DNA of 64,000 bases from Chrysemys picta bellii (taxonomy: Eukaryota), in assembly GCF_011386835.1 (NCBI RefSeq), contig NC_088802.1, forward strand, positions 2,108,001 through 2,172,000, in the 5' to 3' direction. Shown here in pieces: positions 1 to 10,600 of this stretch. How positions within the stretch are numbered: the stretch's first letter is position 1; each line of letters opens with the position of its first letter. Below the pieces are notes generated by a model. The model was given only the letters and a program-made list of their open reading frames with translations. It did not search any database and had not been told where the DNA came from. Both the position numbers and the translations under genes were made by a program.

Positions 1-470
1 GGCATAACAAGGGCGCTGATCTGGGCTGCACCTGGCACCACAGGGGCCCCGATATTTTGCAGGGGAGCTGTGTAGCGCCCCGGGGGGCCCTCCATTTGCT
101 ACGGCTGCAGTTTCTGTGGCTCGGGGCTCTGTCTGCACTTGAGCTCCTGGTGAGAAACAGGAAATTCAGCACCGTTCACGGCCACAGCTTTTGCAAAGGC
201 AGCAGCACGTGGGTGGGGTGTGATTTACAATCAGCGACAGAAGTGTCGGAGTCGGGGCCGTGTGCAACACACAAATCTGACCACGGTTTCCGTCCGCGAG
301 CCGGAGTTGATCTTCAGGCGCTCAGCTTGCAGAGCCAAAAAATACTTCTAGCCTTCAGGAGTGCAAAGAAATTTCTCCAAACCAGGGCGGGTGGGACCTA
401 CGCCTGAGTCTGCAGAGACCCCGAGCTGGTCGCTCTGAGAGTGGGGCTGAACTTTAAGCAGAGCTGAGAT
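1..470. repeat. Low-copy segment 'X' (about 450 bp, unidentified), part of the segmental duplication unit
   Basis: Near-identical copies at about 13980-14440, 24120-24600, 31490-31940 (inverted) and 48060-48540 (inverted). No reading frame is conserved across all copies. Confidence 0.7.
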
Positions 471-596
471 AACAAGGATTGGGACCGAAGGATCTTTTGT
501 ACAATTTCAAGCCTTCTTTGACAAGTTGGAATCCCGGGGAACCATAGGTAATTAGGGCAACTTTGAAACAGGTTCATCACTGGTACTTAGCTATTT

Positions 597-971
597 TAGT
601 CTGCAGAAGAGAAGAGTGAGGAGGGATTTGATAGCAGCCTTCAATTACCTGAGGGGGGGTTCCAAAGAGGATGGAGCTCGGCTGTTCTCAGTGGTGGCAG
701 ATGACAGAACGAGGAGTAATGGTCTCAAGTTGCAGTGGGGGAGGTTTAGGTTGGATATTAGGAAAAACTATTTCACTAGGAGGGTGGTGAAGCACTGGAG
801 TGGGTTACCTAGGGAGGTGGTGGAATCTCCTTCCTTAGAGGTTTTTAAGGTCAGGCTTGACAAAGCCCTGGCTGGGATGATTTAGTTGGGGATTGGTCCT
901 GCTTTGAGCAGGGGGTTGGACTAGATGACCTCCTGAGGTCTCTTCCAACCCTAATCTTCTATGATTCTATA
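597..971 (+). mobile_element. CR1 LINE 3' fragment
   Basis: ORF 616..885 is a CR1 RT C-terminus ([40 protein letters not shown]). Ends in a CTATGATTCTAT tail. Confidence 0.9.
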
Positions 972-2080
972 CGAATTAACATAGGGCATGTTCCTCCACC
1001 ACTTCAAAGAGAGATGAATACCGAGATATCCCATGTTTACAATTCATTTAAATGCTAGGATGTTCTTTTGATCTCCGAATTATCAGAATACATCATGGAC
1101 AAGAACTGTTGATTACATTGTTCACCACTGCCGGTATATATGTAAATACACAAAACCACAAACATTATCTTCACATATGTCTTTAAGGGTTGAATTTGAG
1201 TCATTTATTTTGCAGGATGCTTAACCCTTTCTGGCCAAGTGTCACAGCTGGAATGGCTTGTTTTGATCCAACTGCTTAAAATGTTTCATTTCCAAACAGA
1301 ACCTGTTTTAGAACTTTACATTCCACCCAAATTTCCAATTTCTCACCCATATGTCCTGGTTCAGAAGAAAAACAAGTGTTAAAAACTAGATGGAAAGTCT
1401 ATCTTTTTAACATCTGAACTGGGAGCACTTGAAATTCCATCCAAGATCCTTGCCCGTGAACAGCATTATTTTCCAGCCTCCTATCACCTTCTCTACGGCA
1501 ATCTCTCCTCCTACAGGAGTCTCACTCTACCATGTTTTTGAAACAAACACATCTGCACTGGGAAAAAAGTCAGAAGCCTTAAAAAACTCTCCCCATAGTT
1601 TCCACTAGAAATTTCCTCTTAGCAAGGTGTGTCGTACATTCACAAGACAGATATATTTCCTAGTGCAAAATGTTTATTTAAATAACATTGAAATATTTGT
1701 AAGGAAAAGAAAATATGTTCCATAAATGTAACTACGACTGGGGTGGAGCATATCAGTGAGCTATTACATATAGATATAAACATACACACAAACACAACTT
1801 TTTGTCCACAAGGAAAAACATTTTCCATGATGATTTTTTCTGAAAATATTGTTAGTAAAGAGAAACATCTTCCCCAAAGTATTTTCCTTTTTAAAATGAT
1901 ATCGTTTTTGTCAACAAGACGAGTTCACAAAGATATTTTTTCTGTTCAAAGCTCTTTCTGCACTGGAAGAACATTTCCCAGCAGACAGCTTTCATTAAAA
2001 ATGCTTCATTTAAAACACATTGAAATAACATTTTATCACAAGTTATTGTTCCCCAGAAATGTTTGATTTGACAGAACCGT

Positions 2081-3160
2081 TGTGACAGTGCTGCCCGTGG
2101 GAGCCAGCCTAGGTCACTCAATCAGGGTGAACTGCAAACACACCGGGGCAGACAAACCCCGAACGCTGGTGGATCTTCCAATACTTAGATTTGCCAAGCT
2201 AGCACAAAACAGCTTCTACAGTACTTCACTGGTTACTCAGACGTCCAAACAACGCAGTTCCCTTAAAGTGCCCAGCCTCAGGCCTCCGTCCAGACACATG
2301 TCAGATATGATGATGATTACTGAAAATCTTATCTCAATATATAAAAGAAAAGGTTCTTCCAATCCCAAAGGATCAGCCACACACCCAGGTTCAATTATAA
2401 CTTAGATCTTACCCAAAATACACATTATAGCCAATTCTTATTAACTAAGCTAAAATTTATTACAAAAGAAAAGCGAGAGAGTGTTGGTTAAAAATCAATA
2501 TACAGACAGACTTGAATTCAATTCTTGAGGTTCAGACACAGCAGAGATGAGCTTGTAGTTGCCAAAAGTCCTTTTAGAAATAGTCCCGAGGCTATAGTCC
2601 AATGTCCATATTCAGGGTGACTCCAGTCACTGACTGGGGATCTCAATCTTTGTGGCTTAAGGTTTCCCCCTCTTGAAATCCAAAGCAGATCTGAGATGAA
2701 GTAGGATCATGTCCCAGGGTTCTTATATATTTCCAGCAGCCTTTCGGCCTGAGAAAACAATAGGCTTAATTCTCCTTCTCTCAAACATCCTGGCAATTAG
2801 CACAGGGTCATTTATCCATTAAACAGTTCAGATACAGGTCACCTTAACCTTCAAAGAGACATAGAGACAATAATACTATTTCAGTCAAGTATCATCACAA
2901 ACGTTAATATTCCTTTTTTGATCTTTGAATTTAAAACTATAGCAATAGACAAGACTTGTTTGCTTACATCACAAGCCCTGAGCAAACATCTACCCTTTTA
3001 CCTCTAACAATGCAGACTTACATTTCAAAGCTCTATTCATTTACATATCTTCCTAACCGGTTCGACAGTTCACCCATGGGTCAGATCAGTCTGAGTTAAT
3101 TAACTCTTTCTGGCCCTGTCACCTTTCAATGAAATATTATTTTACACTCATAACGTCACA
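2081..3160. mobile_element. Solo LTR of a Gypsy family (same family as the LTRs at 32030-33103 and 54566-55638)
   Basis: TGTGAC...GTCACA termini. Flanks ACCGT/ACTGT form a 5-bp TSD with one mismatch. The paralogous empty site near 15085 reads GATAGAACTGTTTTTAAATAAGC. Confidence 0.9.
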
Positions 3161-4466
3161 ACTGTTTCTAAATAAGCCAAGGAAAAAGTTGGGGCCAGAT
3201 CTCAGCTGGTGTCAAACGGCTAGGCTTGCACTGACCTCAGTGGGGTTGGTAATGAGAGTCTGTAAATCAGTTCCATTGACATCAGAAGAGCTACAGACGA
3301 TAGACACCAGCTAGGGGTCTGGCCCCATTGACTCAGATGGACCTATGGCTGATTGATACAAGCTGGGGCTCTGGTCCCATTGCTTCCAATGGATCTACAA
3401 CCGATTGACCCCGTTTGCTGACTGCTTCTCCTGCGCTCGCTCTCTGCCTCCTTCTGCTGCTGCGTTCTCCTTGGGTTTCTGTGTCTTCTCCCTCTGCTGC
3501 TGGACGGGACAGGACACGACACTCTCCTGCTGCTCCGTCAGCTCTCCATTCGGTTGTTGGACAGATGGGCCACTCAGGGAAGCTTCTCTGTTTTTTCCCC
3601 TTCTCTTCACCGTCCATTTGCTCTCCACTTACCCCTTGGCTGTCTGCTGACACACTGACTTTTATATTGACCCATCAAGACTTTCCTGAGCATGACAACT
3701 GCCCACATTCCAAACGGTCCGTTCTATTTTCAGTCTGCCACCATTGTTTACCTCAGAGTTATGATCTGCTGAGCTTTCCCCTACTTTGGTTTTCCTGCAA
3801 ATTCGATTTTTAGAGCTATGTGACCTGCAGCTTCAAATAGAGGAGTGACTCTTGCTAACTTAAAATGGAAGCTAGGGATACAAAATGGAGTCTGGGGAAT
3901 TTCTCTGGTATCAGCATCATCCACTCAGGATTTTGACCTGCAAGTTATTGCACGTTGTTTCTCACGTTTAGCAAAAAGGGAAGCAGGTTAGAGGGTACAA
4001 TAAATAAGTCTCAAAATTCAGAGTCAAGAGTTTATCAGTTTCTGGTGCGTTTCTCAAGTGAGTTTGGTCTCCATATTTTTCAAAGGGGAAGTGTATTTGT
4101 TCCATGACTAGAGAGGAACTGACTGATTTGCGAACACTTCATCTGTGTCTATAACAACCTGATGTTCCAGGAGAGGGGAAGTGGAGGGGAGGCCAGGAGG
4201 CCACAGCTGTAGCTCAGAATTTGAACGGTCTGACTCAGATGTATGGGAAGCCAGGGACTGGGATTGGCTCCGCACTTCCTGGACGTGGGCTGAGAGATGG
4301 GCAGGAAGTTCCTCGGTCACTAGAAAACTGGATTCGAGCCTGAAGGGGAAGCTAACGTAAATTGTGATGAATCAACATTCAAGTGAAACCCTCCAGTGCC
4401 CCTGGGTCATGGCCCCACTGAGGACTCATTTCCTGGGGCTGCCGGCCCCATCCCTGAGCCATTCAC

Positions 4467-4972
4467 CTTTCTTATTCCTCAGGCAGACGAGCAATCCCAG
4501 GCCCATGAAAACCAACCCCAGCATGGAGCCCCTGACCCCAGCCACCATCTTGCCCTGGGAGAGTCAGTCTGTGCTTCTGTGAAAACAAGAGCACGGGTGG
4601 TTCAGGCTCAGCCCAGCTTCTCCTTCCCTTTGTCACGTCCCCACTCTCTGCCCCCAGGGTGGGGATCTGACCCAGGCCCATCCCCCGAGGGGGCTCCACA
4701 GAGCTAGGGGTGCCCTGTGTGGCTCAGGGATTGCCCCACACTCAGAGGCTCTTACCCCAGTGCATGGTGAGGGGGCCCCACAGGCTGATGTGCTCCACCT
4801 GGCAGGTGTAGACGTCCCTGCGCCGGGGGGAGGGGGTCATGGCCAGCATCAGCAGGATCTGGAAGATCCAGTCTTCCTTGTGGAGCAGCTCCGTGGACAC
4901 CACCCCAGCCATCTGCTCTTGCCTGTTCTCGAACCACTTGATTTCAATCCCCGAGAGGTAAAACCCCGTCAT
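4467..4972 (-). pseudogene. MHC class II beta chain fragment 1 (partial beta2 exon and TM exon)
   Basis: 4756-4972 encodes [65 protein letters not shown] followed by a GT donor. The CP/TM exon 4467-4576 is 110 nt, against 111 nt in copy 3, so it is frameshifted. No leader, beta1 or beta2 N-terminus. Confidence 0.85.
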
Positions 4973-4984
4973 GGAGGAAAGTCC

Positions 4985-5175
4985 TAGAGCTGGGCACAGA
5001 TCCAGCCCCGAGGTCCATGTCCCCAGGAGAGGGGCCGAACCCCATGCCTGGGCCGGTGCTGCCCCCTCAGGCTCTGGAGTCAGCAATGCCCCTGGAATGA
5101 GAGAGCAGAGGGGATGGGTTATGGGGTTTTAATGGCCCCACCCCCACCGCAGAGCAGGAGAGGACTCACCTGCAT
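4985..5175 (-). pseudogene. CD1 3'-end relic (last intron, last exon and 3' UTR)
   Basis: Aligns by eye to 17330-17535 of the intact CD1, including the acceptor CTCTCTCATTCCAG. The YQDV codons are deleted. Confidence 0.7.
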
Positions 5176-5351
5176 CTGCGGACTCACCTGCGTCACCGAT
5201 GTGGCGAGGGGCGGTTCGTCCACCATGGGCGCCGACTCGCCTTGGGGAGGGAGGGTCCCGGAATCGATGAATCGATGAGTCGTTCACCTGGCAACAAATG
5301 GGGGAGGGCGGGGAATGGAAACCGGAAGGGGAGGCCATCAAGGGGCGGAAG

Positions 5352-6022
5352 TGAAGTGGAATATTGGCTCTATATAAATCCATGGGATGCCCACACCTTG
5401 AATACTGCATGCAGATGTGGTCGCCCCATCTCAAAAAAGATAGATTGGAATTGGAAAAGGTTCAGAAAAAGGCAACAAAAATGATGAGTGGTATGGAACA
5501 GCTGCCATATGAGGAGAGATTAATAAGACTGGGACTTTTCAGCTTGGAAAAGAGGCAACTAAGGGGGGATATGATAGAGGTCTATAAAATCATGAGTGGT
5601 ATTGAGACAGTAAATTTACTCCTTCTCATAATACGAGAACATGGGGCCACCAAATGAAATTAAGAGGTAGCGGGTTTAAAACAAACACAAGAAAGTATTT
5701 TTTCATGTAATGCACTGTCAACCTGTGGAACTCCTTGGCAGAGGGTGTTGTGAAGGCCAAGACTATAACGGGGTTCAAAGGGAGCTAGATAGATTCATGG
5801 CAGATTGGTCCATCAATGGCTGTTAGCCAGGCTGGGCAGGGACGGTGTCCTTAGTCTCTGTTTGCCAGAAGCTGGGAATGGGCGTCAGGGGATGGATCAC
5901 TTGATGATTCCCTGTTCTGTTTATTCCCTCTGGGACACCTGGCATTGGCCACTGTTGGAAGACAGGACACTGGGCTAGACGGACCTTTGGTCTGACCCAG
6001 TATGGACGCTTTTATGTTCTTA
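5352..6022 (+). mobile_element. CR1 LINE 3' fragment
   Basis: ORF 5364..5657 ([44 protein letters not shown]). Ends in a TTATGTTCTTATG tail. Confidence 0.9.
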
Positions 6023-6440
6023 TGTAAGTGGCCACAATGGGGCATTTGCCCTCAGTTTTGGTGCAATGTCCTACAGGAAACCGGAAGCTGCACGGGAAAG
6101 TTCCAGGGTGTGTTTGGTTCTTCAGGGGTTAAATCGCTCCAAGGAGAGCAGGTGGGAGGGGACGGAAGCAAGTACAGGAAGTGGGCCCAAGGCAGGGCGG
6201 AAGTGGACCAGATATGGCGTCAGGACTATAGCCATAGATGACTTGCCCGCAGTTGGGGGCAACGCTCTCGAAGGCCGGCATGGGAAACACGAGGTGGAGG
6301 GCTCCGGGGTGTGGTGGGTCCCGCAGGATTTAAAAGGGGGTGGGTGAAACTGGGATTAACGCATCAAAGGGATGGGGGACAGCAGAGGTGGATCTCAGTG
6401 AAGGCGGAAGCAAACCGGAAGTTGCATCAACCCTTCTAAC

Positions 6441-6515
6441 ATAGTCTCTAAGGTGCCACAAGTACTCCTGTTCTTTTTGGGGATACAGACTAACACGGCT
6501 GCTACTCTGAAACCG
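6441..6515. mobile_element. Penelope-like element terminal fragment
   Basis: GTCTCTAAGGTGCCACAAGTACTCCTGTTC...GACTAACACGGCTGCTACTCTGAAAC, matching 35630-35705. Family assignment is from recall of turtle repeats. Confidence 0.6.
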
Positions 6516-7668
6516 TCTAACATAAACGAAGGACTTCCCCAGGTCAGAGATGATGGGGAGGTGATAGGTGGGGAGGGGAGAAAAGTGGGGGGGGGGGAGA
6601 GAGAGGGAGTGACAAAAATCCCACAAAAATGATAAATATCCAAAGGGAAACAATCAGAGACCAATTTCCAACTCGTGTTTCAATTACGTCTCTACATTGT
6701 TGGTCGATTTTCCCCAGTGATTTTTATTTAGTTCCTTCTTTTTCTCTCTTTTCCCCTTCTTCCCGCACTCATAATTTAAAAAAAAACAACATTTGCATGG
6801 TGGACAAAATTCCAATTTTCAGGGGAAAAAAGATTTTCAGAAAAAAAATTAAATTTTAATGAAAAAAATATTGTTGGTTTTTTTTGCGGGGTGGGGAAGT
6901 GTCCCAATTTTCAGGGATAAAATGACACATTTTCATTGGGGAAAAAAATAATGTTCTAAAACAAAATATCAATTTTTTAGGAAAATAACATTTTTTTCAT
7001 GGGGGAAAAAGGTTGATTTTCTGAAAAGCAAATTTTAAAAAATGGTGGTAAGATTTTGGAACATCACTAGGGGACTGAAGAGAAGAGAGAAGTGATGGAG
7101 AAAAGGAAAAGTTTTTACCCAACACATTTTTTCAAAAAAGTCTGAAAACAGACAATTTTTCACACAAAGAAATGATTTAATTAAAAAACAAACAAACAAA
7201 CAAAAAACTTTCTTTGAGCAACTCCAGCCTGCTGGAGCTGTCACGTTGGTCACTCAGACCGATTCCACCGCCCACACGATGCTGAGGTGGGCTAGCGTTT
7301 CTCTTGGAGCTCAGTTAGAAAGAGGGACCAGACACTGCGTTAATTACCCCCACCTGGTCATGCTCCATAGGGAGGCGTTGCAATCACTCCAGAGAGGACA
7401 GGGAAATAACGGATTGAGACATGATATAGTTATACTTCAGGCGTCCCCGGAGAAGGCATTTCCTGAGGATAAGACCATGCCCTAGTAGATTATTCCTTGC
7501 CGTAGAGAGGGCGAGCTGGGTTTTGTTGGGGTTCACATGGACCTTCATGCCGATAGATTTCTTCTGCTGTCCCTCAAACCCTGTGAGCGTCTCCTCCTGT
7601 GGGGAATTTCCTCGTGGCTGCGTGGCGCTGAGTGTGAGGGACTCAGGTAGTGCTGGGTGCGGAGGGAC

Positions 7669-10600
7669 TCAGCGTCGCTGGGCGTGGTTGGACGTGTGTT
7701 CCCTGCCTCCTGGGGTCTGGACTGTAATCTCTGCGTAGTGCAGGCTCTCGCTCTCCACGGCCTCCCGGCTGCCCTGGCCCTGTGTTGGACAGACAGACAG
7801 TGAGGACGCCGTCACCCCAGATCTGGTCTTTTAATTCTGGCCAATCTAGGCCGCTCCCAGGGAGCAAATCCCACAGTGTTACCCCAGATTGGAGGGATTG
7901 GGAGCCAGGACTCCGGGGTTCTTTCCGAGCTCTGGGAGGGGAGTGGGGTCTAGTGGGGTAGAGCTGGGGGCTGGGAGCCAGGACTCCTGGGTTCTCTTCC
8001 CAGCTCTGGGAGGGGAGTGGGGTCTAGTAGGGTCTGGCAGCCAGGACTCCTGGGTTCTCTCCCCTCACTGTATTGTACCAGTCTTTATTGGCATTCGGAG
8101 ACCAGACCCAAGCACTGTCTGGAACAAGGCCCAACCTGCATTGTCTCACCTTCAGCTGCTGTCGGCGAGGCTGCGAGTGGGGCGGCGCTGCACAAGAAGG
8201 GAGAAGAAAGGAACGTTAAAACAGAGGAGTGAGAGAGAGAGTCTGGGGTGAAGAGGGAAGCTGCCAAGATCTAGGGACGGGGGGGAGAAGGAGGGCGAAG
8301 AAAGGACGGGGTGGGGGCGTGGATATATGGACAGACAGCCCAGCATGGACCACAGCGGACAGACGGCCGCTCGGGTGTGTTCAGTAGCAAGGGCCCTGGC
8401 CCATGGGGCCAGGAGGTTAGCGGGGGGAAGGCTCCGGTTCGGTACCTTGGCGTCTCTTCAGGAGGAGGGTGGCCGCCAGGCCAAGGAATAGAAGGAGCCC
8501 CAGGGCGATGGCGACCTGGTACAGGAGCTCCCAGGAGCAGCTCCCTGCGGGAGCAGGTTCTTCACCTGGACGATGGAGAGGACTGTTAGGGGATTCTCAG
8601 CCCCTTGAGCCAGCCAGTCCCCTGCCCTGCGGCCAGAGAGGGGGAAGGCCCCGTGCCCCCATTCCCCACCTCACCTGTGTCACTCTGGTTTCTCCCCATC
8701 ACCTGCAGCTCGGTGCCTGCTCCTGTCCCGCTCTCTCCCTGGTGGATGCTGATCTGACACTGGTAGAGACCAGAGTCCCGCTGCTCCAGCTCCGACAGGG
8801 TCAGCATGGCCTCCCCTTTCTGGAGCAGATCCAGGTGGGACACATTGAGCCGCCCGTTGTAGAAGGGATGGGCAGAATCCAGCACGACTCCAGGCGCTCT
8901 TGTCCAGGTCGCTCTGGCCATGCTGCCCTGTCTGTTCTCGAAGGAGCAGTTGAGTGTCACGGTCTCGCCAGGGGACGCTCGGAGGACAGCGGGGCTCTGA
9001 AGGACTGTGAGACCTTCGTGAACCAGGGCAATAAACATTATAGCAACAAAGGAAAACTACGACGAATGGTATCGAGACACGCCCCAGCCGCCCGAAACCT
9101 TAGCAGCACGGAGATAAGAAGCTTAGCTGGAAAAAATTGTGTGTTCCTGTCCACCTTGCTACTGCTCACAACACTGTCGATAACACATTGCACAGGACTT
9201 TCACTTCCCCCTCCAACAGATACCCCACATCAGCACTGCTATGTGCACGGCAGATGCTCACAGAGACGTTAGCCGTAAAATCACTCAGGACAGTTACGTC
9301 CAAGGCAGACTGTGCAGAGTTGCAAAGGGATCTCACTAGACTGGGTGACAAAATGGCAGATGAAACTCAAAGGTACTAAATGCAAAGTCAGGCCCACTGG
9401 GAAACATAATCCCAACTACACATATAAAATGATGGGGTCTAACTTAGCTGTTACATCTCAAAGAGATCATGGATAGTTCTTTGAAAACATCCGCTCAATG
9501 TGCAGCGGCAGACAAAAATCAAACAGGATGGTAGGAACCATTAGGAAAGGAACAGATAATAAAATGGAAAATATGATAATGCCACTAAATAAATCCAGGG
9601 TACGCCCACACCTTGAATAGTACGTGCCGTTCTGGTCACCCCATCTCAAAAAAAGATACATTAGAATTGGAAAAGGTAGGGAAAAAGGCAACAAAAATGA
9701 TTAGGGGCATGGAACAGCTTCCATATGAGGAGAGACTAAAACACTGGGACTGATCAGCTTAGAAAAGAGATGAGTAAATGGGGGAATATGATAGAGCTCT
9801 ATAAAGAATGGTGTGGAGAAAATGACTAGGGAAGTATTAACTACCACTTCACATAACACAAGAACCAGGGGTCACCCGATGAAATTAACAGGCAGCAGGT
9901 TTAAAACAATCAAAAAGAAGTACTTCTTCACACAACACACAGTCAACCTGTGAAACTCACTGCCAGGGGATGTTGTGAAGGCCAAAAAGGAATTAGATAA
10001 GTTCCTGGAGGATAGATCCATCAATGGCCAAGATGGTCAGGGATGGAACCCCATGCTCTGGGTGTCTCTAAATCTCTGACTGGCAGAAGCAGGGACTGGA
10101 CGACAGGGGATGGATCACTTGATGATTGCCCTGTTCTGTTCATTCTCTCTGAAGCATCTGGCACCGGCCACTGTCGGAAGACAGGATACTGGGCTAGATG
10201 GACCATTGGTCTGACCCAGTATGGCCGTTCTTATGTTCTTGCAGGAGGACTGCAAGTCACACTACTAAAGAAAAGAGGCTGCTCCCTAAGGCAGAGAGGA
10301 ACAACTCACCCCACATTAGTTTAGGCTGGGTCTCTGCAGACTGACTCTGATCACATGGAGACCCCTCGGCTGCAGGCAGGCCCAGGAGACCCGCTTACAA
10401 ATTAAAGTGGCAGCTTGTCAGTTGAACACTTTTAAGTACACCGCAAACACATGCCTCGACTTTATACAATTTGTGCTCCAAGCTACAGGGTGGAAATGTT
10501 TCCCGATGGAACGTTTGTCCCTTGGAAAATGCCGTTTCATTGAGATGACGACAACTTGTTTAGCAATGGGGTGGACGGCACGAAAAAGCGTTTTGATAGG

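Noticed and set aside
8675-9013. Rearranging TCR/Ig V segment or rearranged VJ
   Set aside because: The V and J-like GxG motif are in one germline exon followed by stalk/TM exons. No recombination signal heptamer/nonamer was seen.
8469-9272. 267-aa plus-strand ORF
   Set aside because: Antisense shadow of the receptor V exon.
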